Below, one piece after another: positions 26,492 to 38,970 of a stretch of DNA of 64,000 bases. Under the pieces are notes generated by a model. It was not told the origin of the DNA. It saw only the letters and a list, made by a program, of their open reading frames with translations, and ran no database searches. A program made the translations under genes and the position numbers. Source of the stretch: Microbotryum violaceum (lineage: Eukaryota); assembly GCA_001244265.2 (NCBI GenBank), contig CDLV01000008.1, forward strand, positions 186,001 to 250,000, in the 5' to 3' direction. The stretch's first letter is position 1, and every line of letters begins with the position of its first letter.

Positions 26492-29420
26492 GTTTAAAGT
26501 TTAAAGTCATAAATTCCAGCTAGTCATATTCAAAGACAGAATCTAACAAACGCCAGATCCGCTGGACCACCATAACATGTCATATCATACACCCATATTG
26601 TATACGGGCCATCGCCTCGCTGGGATTAGGACTGATGCCCCCATTTCTCAGGGTTTACACCAGTTTTCCCTCCTCCCCCTCGGCTCCCGGCTCCTGAGGG
26701 TAGATGGGGCAAACTTGCCACTATCGCCTCCACCAGTGAGGTATGCTATTCCATATTCTGTTGGAATGTCCGCCACTTTCGCATGCGGCCGCCCCAAATT
26801 CTCCCAGCCCCTTTGATCAGCTCATGATGCCATGCCCGGTCCAGCCGCGTCCGCGATCGCTCGTCTAGAGTCCAGTAGATATCCGGTTTGGGTATCATTG
26901 GCATCGCAAATCACCACAAACGTGCCCTCACCAGTTTGGTGGCAAAGGTACATAGCTCCTGTATCTGCAGGTCAGTCCATCCTTGTTGCCGTGCCTCGAG
27001 TTTGCTTCGCGTAGCCCGATACAGTTCCTGACCAATTTTGTTGCGAAGTTCTTGTCCCGATGGGCACTCTCCAAACGCGTGTTTCTCTGTTTCTTCCTCT
27101 GCTCCACATATCACACACTCCGGGGAGGTCCCCAGTCTCTCTGAACATCGCGAAGCAGTGGGCAGAACATGTGCCCGCATTTGGAGCTGTGTCTGTGCGG
27201 CATACGTTGACACTGCACGAAGATATGGGTACTGCCCCACTGAATGTCCGACATTCAATAGGAGTCGAACACTGTCGCCTGTCTTCTTTGGCAACGACTT
27301 CAGCTGCCAGTCTTCTTGAAGGTCGTAAATCTTCTTATTGATATCACCTTCCAGCCATTTGATGTTGTTGGCGGTCATTTTAGTGATCGTCCACTGCGGG
27401 AGAGCGAAGTCGGGGAAAGGCACAATGAGGTCAGGCTGTGAATGTCCCTTCTTGGCCGCTTCATCCGCCCTTTCGTTTGCACGTGATGCATCGTCCATCC
27501 GTCCCGTATGAGCTTTCACATGTTGTATTTCGATCGTGTGGTTCGTTGCGAGTAAATGTTTGAGCCACGTGTAGTGTGCAAGCGCAGCCCTCGGTTTCTT
27601 CGGTGCAACATCGCCCTGCCTGATCTTCTTGGCAAATCTGACCAATGTCAGATGATCTGCGAGAACCGGAATTGGTGTAGTAGCCCCGAAATTGTAAGAT
27701 TGTATAGTCAGTGCTGCCATAATCAGGGCTGTCACTTCCGCTTGCATAATTGACGCGCCCGCGAACAAAGCTGCCCGGGCTTCCCAATTTGGTCCCACAA
27801 CTGCTGCGGCCGCGGAAGCGAATCCCGTGGGCAGGACAATAAGTGAGCCATCTGTCGCCCAGATATCTTGGGCCTGCGCTTGTCCCATTTTAAGTATGGG
27901 AAGAACTACACCCCGAAGCTGATCTTCGACTTCAGTTTTCCGCTCGGCTCTGCTTCGCAGGAGTTGGACTGGTCCCTCGGCCAAAGTCAGTTCGTCAAAG
28001 TGATCCGACCACTGCCGTACCAATCTGGTATTGGGATCTAGCCAATCATAGAAAAGGTCCGGTAGATCTCTCCGCGGTCCTTTCTTGAGCTCCCGTATAT
28101 CCGTAAGCCGAGCTGGAAGTGCCGCCACTGCCCGCTGTAACTGTGGTTCGTTCCGCCGAGCCCCTCCTGTCTGAGCGTATGGATGCTCCGCACTGACCAT
28201 CGAGGTAAGACCGCTTGATTGGTCGGTCTCCAGCACTTGCAGCTTCCCGCATTGTTGTAAAGCACTAAGAACCGTGTTCCACGTCTGGGGGACCTTTCGT
28301 TGCAAGTGCGGAAAAGACAGGGGCTTGGGGTCAATGAAAGGAGAAATGCAGCCATGGTGTCGGCATTGGAGATCGGCCAACGTGATCTTGGCCATCGTTG
28401 CAAACACCGGAATGTGATGATTGAGGTCCCGTAATAATCCGTCAACCGCCAGTGCCCCGTTTAGTCGCCATAGGCTGGTAAGCTCGAATCCAAACTTGGC
28501 GACCGGCAAGGTAACCAACTTTGCCGTTGGTGTGAAGACCCATCCATAATACTCCTTTATCCGCTGCGCGACTATTTGATCAAGTCTGAGCGCATCCTCC
28601 GGTCAAATTGGGCACAATGCTAGCCTTGGCCTCAACCTGTTAATTACTTGTTGCTCTATAAACCGTCGCAGTGCTGAGCGCGGAAGCCTCCTAGTCGATG
28701 TGCTAGGAAACCAAACCGAGCGCACAATACTCTCCAGCTGGGTATATTGTCGATCTGGTGCTGCAAACGGCGTTTTGAGGAAGACATGTGCCAGGTCGAC
28801 TGCAACCTGTCGTTCTCCGTGAGGAGTGTTGACCGTCACCCTTTCTGTTGGCGCAACCAGTGAGTCAGTTTCTCCCAAAACAATAGCTCGAGTTTTCGTA
28901 CCCCAGTCCGTTTGAGTTCCATACGCCTCTTGGAATAGCTCCATGTAGAGCGTCATGGTAGCTAGCGTAGTTTCACTCTTCGCTAGCAGAATTGTGTCGT
29001 CCATTGCGGCTACCTGTGTGATTCTGAGGGTAAGCTTGTCGGCCTTTGTGTGCGCACGCCGCCGTGCTCCATTTTGCGTTGGGATGAGAAGAGGGTCATC
29101 GTAGACTTGCTCGTCCAACCAGTAGGAGCCCATGGCCATCGCAAGTGAGAACCTGAACGGGTTTGGTGGATCGCCTTGTTTCATTCGTCCGTCCACTTCA
29201 AAGGGGTCGGTCATGTCACAGTTATTGGTTAAGAGTCTGAAGAGTTTCTACTACGATTAGGTTTGATCTCATCATTCTAATTCTTATTTGCTAAACGGAA
29301 GATATTATCACCTCACAAATCTTGCCCTGGCCTTACAATCTATTAGCTTGTTTAGATTGGTCTGCGCCTGAGTGACACTTTTCTCCTTAGTCTTACTCCG
29401 TTTGCTCTCGCAACGGTTCT

Positions 29421-29742
29421 GACATAAGTGTCCTCAGTGCGAGATACATAGCGTTCCACATTCCATCTTAGGTTATGAGCCTATTCGCTGCTACCGACCT
29501 GCCTCACAGCAAGGTGGACAAGCTCCACAACTCCTTCGTCAAACTCAAGGACGAGTCCAACTATGCGTCATGGCACAAGAAGACATAAGTGTCCTCAGTG
29601 CGAGATACATAGCGTTCCACATTCCATCTTAGGTTATGAGCCTATTCGCTGCTACCGACCTGCCTCACAGCAAGGTGGACAAGCTCCACAACTCCTTCGT
29701 CAAACTCAAGGACGAGTCCAACTATGTGTCATGGCACAAGAA
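29421..29742 (+). repeat. 161-bp tandem duplication of LTR end, PBS and gag start
   Basis: Units 29421-29581 and 29582-29742; the PBS occurs at 29471 and 29632. Confidence 0.92.
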
Positions 29743-31703
29743 GATGACTTTGCTCTTTATGGGTCACAAGGTCATGGAGATCGTCCTCGGTGAACAGGTG
29801 AAGCTGCTGTCACTGCCTCGCCCGCCTGCGACCGACATTCCCGACGCTGCGGAGCTCGATGCATCGGCCGATCGCCAGAAGAAAATTGCAACCTGGACAG
29901 ATCGCGACATTTGGGCGCAGAGTCACATCATGGCAACCCTTAGTCCCGAAATCGAAGGAATGGTCACGTACTGTGAAACATCGCACGAGATGTGGGACTT
30001 GCTCGAGAAGAAGTACAGGAAGCGCGGCCACAATGCTCTCTACAGCGGCCTCGTTCGCCTACTCTCGACCAAGTACCGTGACGGCGACAACATGGACGAG
30101 CACATCACCAAGCTTCTGACATACTCGGCAGAGCTGATGAAGATCGGCAAACCCGTTCCGGACGAGTACCTCAATGTATCATTCTGTTCTCGCTCCCGCC
30201 CAGTTGGTCCGTCGTCAACACGTGGTACAAACAAGCCGCCGCAATTGATGAAAAAGTAGTTATTCGTCCATCGCTTGTGGCCGAGCACATTCAATCGGAA
30301 GCCCAACGTTGTGCTACAGCCAACATGCAACTCGTTCCCGTCAAAGTCTCGAGCTCATCGAACGCCGGTGCGCTCTCCGCCAACACCCTCAAAATGTGCG
30401 ACTTCTGTAACAGGAAGGGACATAATGCGGACGAGTGTTACACCAACCCGAATGGTCAAGGCTATCGACCTCCTCAAGGCAAACAGTCAAGGAAGCGTGG
30501 CAAAGCCAAATCGGTCAAGCCCGCCCAGTCATCCAACCAAGAGGCTGTGGCGTTCTCCGTGATGTCAGCTGGTCAATCCGCCAAGTCTAGATTCATTATC
30601 GACTCTGGCGCGTGGAAGAACCATACCGGCGATCATACGCAATTGACGGACTTCATCGAGGATCCGTACGAAGCCGAAACCGCAAACAGCGAATGGGTCG
30701 TCTGTCCGGGACACGGTACGCTTTCTATCGAAACTGCTGGTGGTCGAAAACTCGAGGCAAAGAAGGTGTATTACATGCCTGGTATGCCCGTGGGACTACT
30801 CTCCGTTTGACAAATGACGAACTCGGGTCTCTCAGTCCACTTCGAGCCGGACAAGTCGTGTACCATCCTTCGCAATGGCGAGTTCATCGCTAGCACGATC
30901 GTCTCGGATGGTCTCTACGAGCTTGACATCAAGCAACCGAACCTCGCCTTGGCAACTCGCGAGACGGTTGGCGCGCCGCTGATGCTTTGGCATCGCCGTT
31001 TCGGTCATCCCAGTCCTCAGACGATTATCGACATGGCGCGGGGCGGGGCTGTACAAGGCCTCGTTCTTTCGAACAAGCTCATCAGTGATTGTCTGCACTG
31101 CGTTCTTGCCAAGTCGAAGCGTAGTCCTTTCACGATCAAGGCCACCGTCGCCACCGAGATTCTCGAGCGCGTATGTATCGATCTGGGTTTCGTTCCCGAG
31201 CCCGATCACCAAGGTCGTACCGTTTACCTCGCTATCGTCGATCAGCACTCTTGCGGTCGATGGGTCTTTCCGCTCTCCTCCAATTCATCCGAGGGAGTCA
31301 TCGAGGCCTTCAACACGTTTCGAACTAGCGTTGAGAACATGACGGGGAAGAAGATCCGATTCGTACGCTCTGACAACGGCGGCGAGTTTACTTCCAAGAT
31401 GTTCGAGACCTACTTCAAGACCAACGGGATCATTCACGAGCGCACTGCGCCGTACACCCCCGAGAACAACGGTCAGGTCGAACGTCTCAACGGATCGATC
31501 ATGACGACGGTCAAAGCCATGCTCCATGACGCAAATCTTCCCAAGACTTTCTGGTCGTACGCGATGCAAGCTGCCGTCTACCTCTCAAACCGCACGACTG
31601 TGGCTCGTCTCAACGGAGTAACACCCTACGAGATCATCTTCGGAAAGAAGCCTCGTGTGAGTCACATCAAACCCTTCGGCGCTGTCGCATTCGTCCATAT
31701 CGA

Positions 31704-32544
<841 letters not shown>

Positions 32545-35294
32545 CTACAACTATGTAGTTTGGCTCAAGGATCAACAAAAAGAGGTTCAAACTCGCCATG
32601 CTACCTTCGGTCGGTGCGAACATCATCTTCTTGAGACTTCGGAGCTCGTAGCTGACTTCGAGGTACCTCAAATCTCCGAAATCTCCGAAAACGACTCGAC
32701 TGTTACCCCGGTCGAGACGGAGGTTCCACAACAACTCGTGCCTGTCCCCGATGGCTACGTTCAAGTCCAGAACGGTTACCAGCCCGGGAAGTACGGCGAG
32801 CTTGACGTGTCCAACATCATTCCTTATAAGCGTCGTCAAGCGTTATTCGCTGGTCCAGCACTCGATTCTTCGAGCTCGAACTTCCAAGTCAATCGCATCG
32901 ACGATGTCTTGCCGCAGATCAACGGAAAATGGGAGAAGACGTATCTCTGCGTCTCCGTCCCTCAAGGCCATTTCACTCCAACGACGTACGAGGAGGCAAT
33001 TTCCTGTCCTGACGCCAAGTTCTGGATCATCGCGATTCGTGAGGAGCTCGGAGCGCTTGAAACTACCTTCAAGCTCAAACGACAAGGTGCTGCGTCTCAC
33101 TTTCTTTCTCTCTCGAGTTCAAACGTGATGCGGGCTATTGTATCGTGCATCAGTCTCGCTACATCACGGACATCCTCGCTCGATTCGGATTTGCTTCGTC
33201 CAAGCCCAAGACGACTCCGATGATCGATTGCGAAGCCAGGGAGCTCGATTCGTCGCCCCTGATCAAGGATGTTCACCTCTATCAATCCATGGTCGGTGCT
33301 CTTCGGTACACCGCTCAGATGGTTCGACCCGACATCGCCGCCGCTGTTCGCAGTGCTGCGCAGCGTCTCGCTGGTCCTACCGAAAACGACTTGCTCGCGG
33401 TCAAGAGGATTTTTCGATACCTCGTTGGCACCATTGACTTCGGTCTCTGCTACCGACCCAATGCATCTACGGTCATCATCGCCTACTCCGACGCCAGCTG
33501 GGCCAACGACTTCGAGACTCGTCGCTCAGTTGGTGCCTATGTGAGTCTCCTCGGTGGTGCTGCTATCTCATGGCAGTCCAAGCAACAAACCCTCGTCGCT
33601 ACGTCGACGACCGAGTCTGAGATCCTCGCCGTTTCGTTGGCAACCAAGGAGGTGATTTGGCTTCGTCAGGTCGCCAAGGACTTGAGCGTCGAGCAGCCCT
33701 CAGCCACGATGATCTACGAGGACAATCAGGACGATTAAGATCGCCTACAACCCAGCTCACCACGCTCGCACCAAGCACTTCGATGTGGTTCATCACTTCG
33801 TTTGCGAGCGCGCCACCCTTGGTGACATCAAGCTGGTCTACTGCCCAACCGATTCAATGACGGCCGACGTTCCCACAAAGGGGCTCGGCCCGATCGAGTT
33901 CGCTGCGCACCGCAAAGCGATGGGAATGGTTCAACTTTCAAAGCTCTGAACTAGGGGGAGTGTCACAGTTATTGGTTAAGAGTCTGAAGAGTTTCTACTA
34001 CGATTAGGTTTGATCTCATCATTCTAATTCTTATTTGCTAAACGGAAGATATTATCACCTCACAAATCTTGCCCTGGCCTTACAATCTATTAGCTTGTTT
34101 AGATTGGTCTGCGCCTGAGTGACACTTCTCTCCTTAGTCGTACTCCGTTCGCTCTCGCAACGGTTCTGACATAAGTGTCCTCAGTGCGAGATACATAGCG
34201 TTCCACATTCCATCTTAGGTCAGGCCATATGGTGTCTTCATCATGAACGAGCCGTGTGCTAACCGCGCTCGGTCAAAAGCCTCCGCGTTCGGTCCAAAGC
34301 CGAAAAATTCGTAAACGTCGTATCCGGCTTCTGCCCGCAGCAGATCAAAACCCTTCTTTTGATCTCGAATAAGGCCGTAAATAGGGGTCTTTGCTCGAAC
34401 AGCCCATGCTTCGAGTTGCGCAAGGAAGCTCGTGAGATCCCGCTGCTGTACGCCGCTTTGTACCGCAACCCGTGTCTCTGGTATCATGTGATGTTTCATT
34501 GCATAAGCCTGTGCTTGACGTGTGAACCATGCAGCCGCCGTAACCGCAAGGAAATTTCCAAAACAACCGCCCGGTAGTTGCTCAATTGGGTGGAGAGACC
34601 CCGATTTTTGAACATCGGAAGGAGATAGTGGTCACGCAGCTTATCAAAGTAGTTATTCACCAGCACATAGTTCAAAAGGGCCAGGACCACGGACATACTT
34701 CGGTCTCCCAGAATTGCCACGGTCCATTTCTCCCATCGATCTGGCCCGGGGGATGGCTCCCGATTTCCTCTACTGAGCAGCGTTCGGAGGTCGCCGAGTG
34801 TCAGGGGCTTAGGCCACTCGAATTGGTCCTGCTGTGTTGTATTAAGGAAGCGTCGGGAGCTTTCTGAGTTCATCCACGGCTTAGCCGTCACTGGTTGTTC
34901 TCGGTCTTTTTGAATAAAGTGCTGAAATATTGCCTGAAGGTGGTACGTACTTCTGTTGGATCCGCGGTAGTATTTCCCCCCGCAGTTTCAACCACTCGTG
35001 GCTGAACCAGTGTTGTCCGCGGCATGAGGATCCTCTTTACAGATCCCCCATTAATGACACTCTAGATTCGGAGATTGTCAGTCCGTTGTGTCATCTCTTT
35101 GCGTTCCCGCTTCTCCTGAGCATGTATCCTTTGCAGAGTTGTCGACGCCAGACCATCGCTGTCTCCAGGACTGCGCCTTCGGGCGGATACCAACCAGTGT
35201 GTCCTCTATCTTGTTGTAGACGTCGTCGTGTTGCATTGCTAAAGCCTCATGCATGTCGTTGAACCAGCTCTGTACATCCTGCTTGTGTTTGAGG

Positions 35295-35430
35295 ATGTGG
35301 ATAGAAATAGTATTGAGGGCATATATGTATGTGGATAGAAATAGTATTGAGGGCATATATGTATGTGGATAGAAATAGTATTGAGGGCATATATGTATGT
35401 GGATAGAAATAGTATTGAGGGCATATATGT
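35295..35430. repeat. 34-bp x4 perfect tandem repeat within the LINE A ORF
   Basis: atgtggatagaaatagtattgagggcatatatgt at 35295, 35329, 35363 and 35397, with no spacers. Confidence 0.95.
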
Positions 35431-38350
35431 ACCGGTTCATATGATAACGGTCCTGAATCATTTGTCGCAATTCGGGGGATCCGACGAACTGGCGTTTGTT
35501 CATTGTTGGGCCCCACCTCTCGCCGAACACCTTCAGAGAAGTATCAACCAGTAGCAGAGAGAACTCTTTATAGGCAGTGTCCCGGACTTCCTGTGAACTT
35601 ACAATCGCGTCTTCCGATATTTCCCTTAAACACTGTACATTGGCAACGCCGTCTTCCATGTCTTTCGTGAATCTTCGCCGAGTATCGCTACCCCTCGGCG
35701 GAACTTTGATTTTTCTCGGTCCATCGTCGCCTACTTCGTCACTTACGACGCAGAGCCCTGGAAACCATAACCTGCATCTGATTGGCCTGTGGTCAGTGGC
35801 CACAATCGGGCGTAGAGCCTCGATGTCCGCATTCCCTGTCGTTACGGAAGTCGCAAGCCGGTCTATGACGCTCGTGGTTTGCGCGTTCCCGTAGAGCTTG
35901 TGTGTCCAACTTTCGGCGAGCGCCAGTGATTCCAACTCGTTCCACACATCGTGGCCATCAGTTTGGCGTAGGAAGCGGCAGTATTCGAGCGGAGTCGGTC
36001 GGAGTCGCGGAAAATTAGTTGCGGCTGTTTCCCGAGCGTCAAGTACTGCATTGAAATCACCTACTACCGCCCAATTCGGTGGGCCGGTTCGTATGAGGTC
36101 TTGCATAGCGGTTCAGAAACCCGTGATGGCGTTGTCATCATTTTCTTTGTTGCGCGCATAACCTACGTGTGGGCAGTAGGCGGACACGATACGAATTGGG
36201 ACCATATCTGTGCCTTCTCTTGCTCGTACGAGTATGTCAGCGGCGGCGACTCGTCCTACCAGTGGCCCTTCGGTGAATGTGAAGGACTTTAGTATCGGCA
36301 GGTTATTGCGGACTAGAAGGAGGGTTCCCCATTTCATTCCCGAGCCAGCCCGGACGGAGGGTGTAAGGATCGGCTGAAAATCGGTTGTCAACCGGTAGCC
36401 GTGTGTCCGTTCGGAACTTGAGCTCATTTAGACTGACGACATGGTAGTCTGAGTTGATTAAGGTTTGTTGCACTTGTTGGAGCTTTACGGGGTCTGCAAG
36501 TCCATTCACGTTGAGGCTTGCGATAGAGATCGGAGTTGCTGCGTTAACACGATTTTTATCCAACACAAGGATGAGAAGAAGGATGATACTTCTTGTCGGG
36601 GCTGATATACTGTGAAGATTGGTTGTTATTGCAAGAAGAAAATATGTGCTGAGTGTATGGAGAAGATGAATGTGATTTTGTTTTCGGGGTTCGATGTCTT
36701 CGTTTATTGGTCCTGCGGCCATAAGCAGCACCTCGTCAGACAAGGTCCGAGAAGAGAATGGGGATTTTGGTTGAGTACTGACAATGGACAATCCTTCCTC
36801 GACACGACGTTTGGTCCCCATGACGCTTGAAACAAGACTCCCTTCCCCATAGGCGAGACGTGCGTGGTGAGTGAGACGTCCACGCTTACTGGGCGAGCCT
36901 CCAGATTCATCGCCTTCTCTCGTCGGCGAGTTATTCGTGATGTTGGCTTCGGTTGGTGTCGAAGCATTGTTGGCCAGTCGTTGTTGATGTAAAATGGGGT
37001 TGGCGTTCTGAATGACTAGGTTGGATTGTATTCCGGAAAAGTGCGTGAAAGTCGGAACCAAGTCACTTCCGCATGATGGCGTGATCGGTTGTTGGTATGG
37101 CATTCTCGAGTTCGGGATCTGACAGGAGTAAGTTTTCTCAGGCAAGTCGGCTTTAAAATCCGCCGGGACATAAACACCGGGCCCAGCGCAGAGTATGGGG
37201 TAAGAAGAGACAGAGGAGTGAATTGTAACAGGTCTCAGGTTTGGCATTGGATGGGGAAATTGGCATTCCTCAATAGATGAAAGTATCGTAGGTGTCGAGG
37301 AACTATTGTAGGTGTCGAGTAAGTGCATGGTAGTATCAGGCAGAGTATTGGGCCAGCGAAGGTCAGCGGAAGAGTAAGTGTTCATTGAAAGCGTGCGGAG
37401 GACAGGGGCGGATTGCAACAATTCGTTGCAATAGTTCGTCATTCTCATATGTCGCGGATCGATAAAGGTGTTCACATTTTTTACAGGCGAGTGAAAGGGG
37501 GGTCTCCTATCCTGTCCTTTTACGGGCGCAAAGAACAGTATCCGGTATTGGCTCCTTCGCTGGGTCGTTACGATGAGAAGTGGGTTGTAACATATCACTG
37601 TGAGGAATTCGATCGGAGTCCAAATGTAATAGAAATGAGGATTGCTGAGGTCATAGGGCTGAGTTAGTTGGTTGGTTGGGCAGTTCGGTAGTTGGTGGGA
37701 AGCATTGCGTCCGTGCGAGGCTCGTCGGATTAGGAGGAGCGGCTTGGAGGCTAGCATGGTTTTGCAAAACAGGTGGTGACGTATGGGGGGGTTTTCAGAG
37801 TAGTAAGGTAGGTAGATATGGTGGGAAGCATAGCGTCCGTGCGAGGCTCGTCGGGTTAGGAGGAGCGGCTTGGAGGCTAGCATGGGTGTGTAATGCAGGT
37901 AGGGATGTAGGAAGAGGTACATGTGCTTGAAGAGAGGGCGAGTGAGCTCTTGGTCATAAGGTGGAGAGAGATAGCACTCGTCATTTCTAGAGGAGGTTCT
38001 GTCTACACCATCCGTATGGGAGCCTCCATCGTCGCGTTGCCTAGATCGGCAATGGGGGTGGGAAGGCACCATGGCTTGCAACCATGTGTGAGAGAACGAC
38101 CATTCGATTACTTTAGGAACGATCGAATGCTGTTGAGTATGAGTATGAATTCCTGAGCTGACGGGTGGCCCAACGGGTGTCGGAGGCTGGGGCGGTGTCG
38201 ATGCAGTCACACAGACTGCGAGAACACGTGTTACGTGGCGCGCGATGTGCATTTCCTAAGGTTGTTGACACAGGTGACGTGGGGTGAGGTGAGCTTAACT
38301 TAAGGTGAGGTGAGCCTTAAGGTGAGGTGAGCTTAAGGTAAGGTAAGGAA

Positions 38351-38445
38351 CAAAATCAACCATACCCACTAAAAAACCCCTTAGGTGATTACAGCGAAAC
38401 CAGTCGTCCCTTGGACTCCTGGATGGACGCGCGGAGCTCCTCGAA
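38351..38445 (-). mobile_element. family-B LINE ORF2 end and proximal 3' UTR (right half of the split copy)
   Basis: The minus strand encodes FEELRASIQESKGRLVSL*, followed by ggggttttttagtgggtatggttga, collinear with 18061-18150. Confidence 0.85.
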
Positions 38446-38970
38446 TGCCGAAACCAAGGTGAGACAAACAAGGTGGCGCGTTGAAGCGGTGGGCGCCGGC
38501 GCACGGCGGTGCGTTCAAGGTTGTGCGGGTCTGATCAGAAGGAAGTGAAGGTGGGCATTGGGAACTCTCTAGTTGGAAAAGGCTTGCACAAGACCCCAGG
38601 GCCGCGTTCTTGAGTCACCTAGTACCTACACTGTAGTAATACTTAGCAGCTGCCGGGGAAACGGGCCGAGCGCGAGCGATCCATCGTCGCGTCTCGGATT
38701 AGTTTAGTGCCTGTGCGTCTCGCTGTAGCGCGCAGACGCGCGCGTACCACCAGCAAGTTCAACTCACCCCTGAACCCCTTGTAATCGAGACGCTGTCAAT
38801 CTCTCGCTGATCTCACACTCCTTGTCATAATTGCTCATCACCCTCCCATTGCTGATACCCTACTTGTGGTTGGCTTTTCTTCACCGAGCCTGACCATTCC
38901 GACTTTGGACGAGAACGAACTCGACTCCTAACGCGCTTCCCCACGTCGCAGCCGGTGCACACGCTTCCGC

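Noticed and set aside
35295-35430. CRISPR-like 34-bp repeats
   Set aside because: The units are contiguous with no spacers, lie inside a LINE ORF in a eukaryote, and no cas genes are present.
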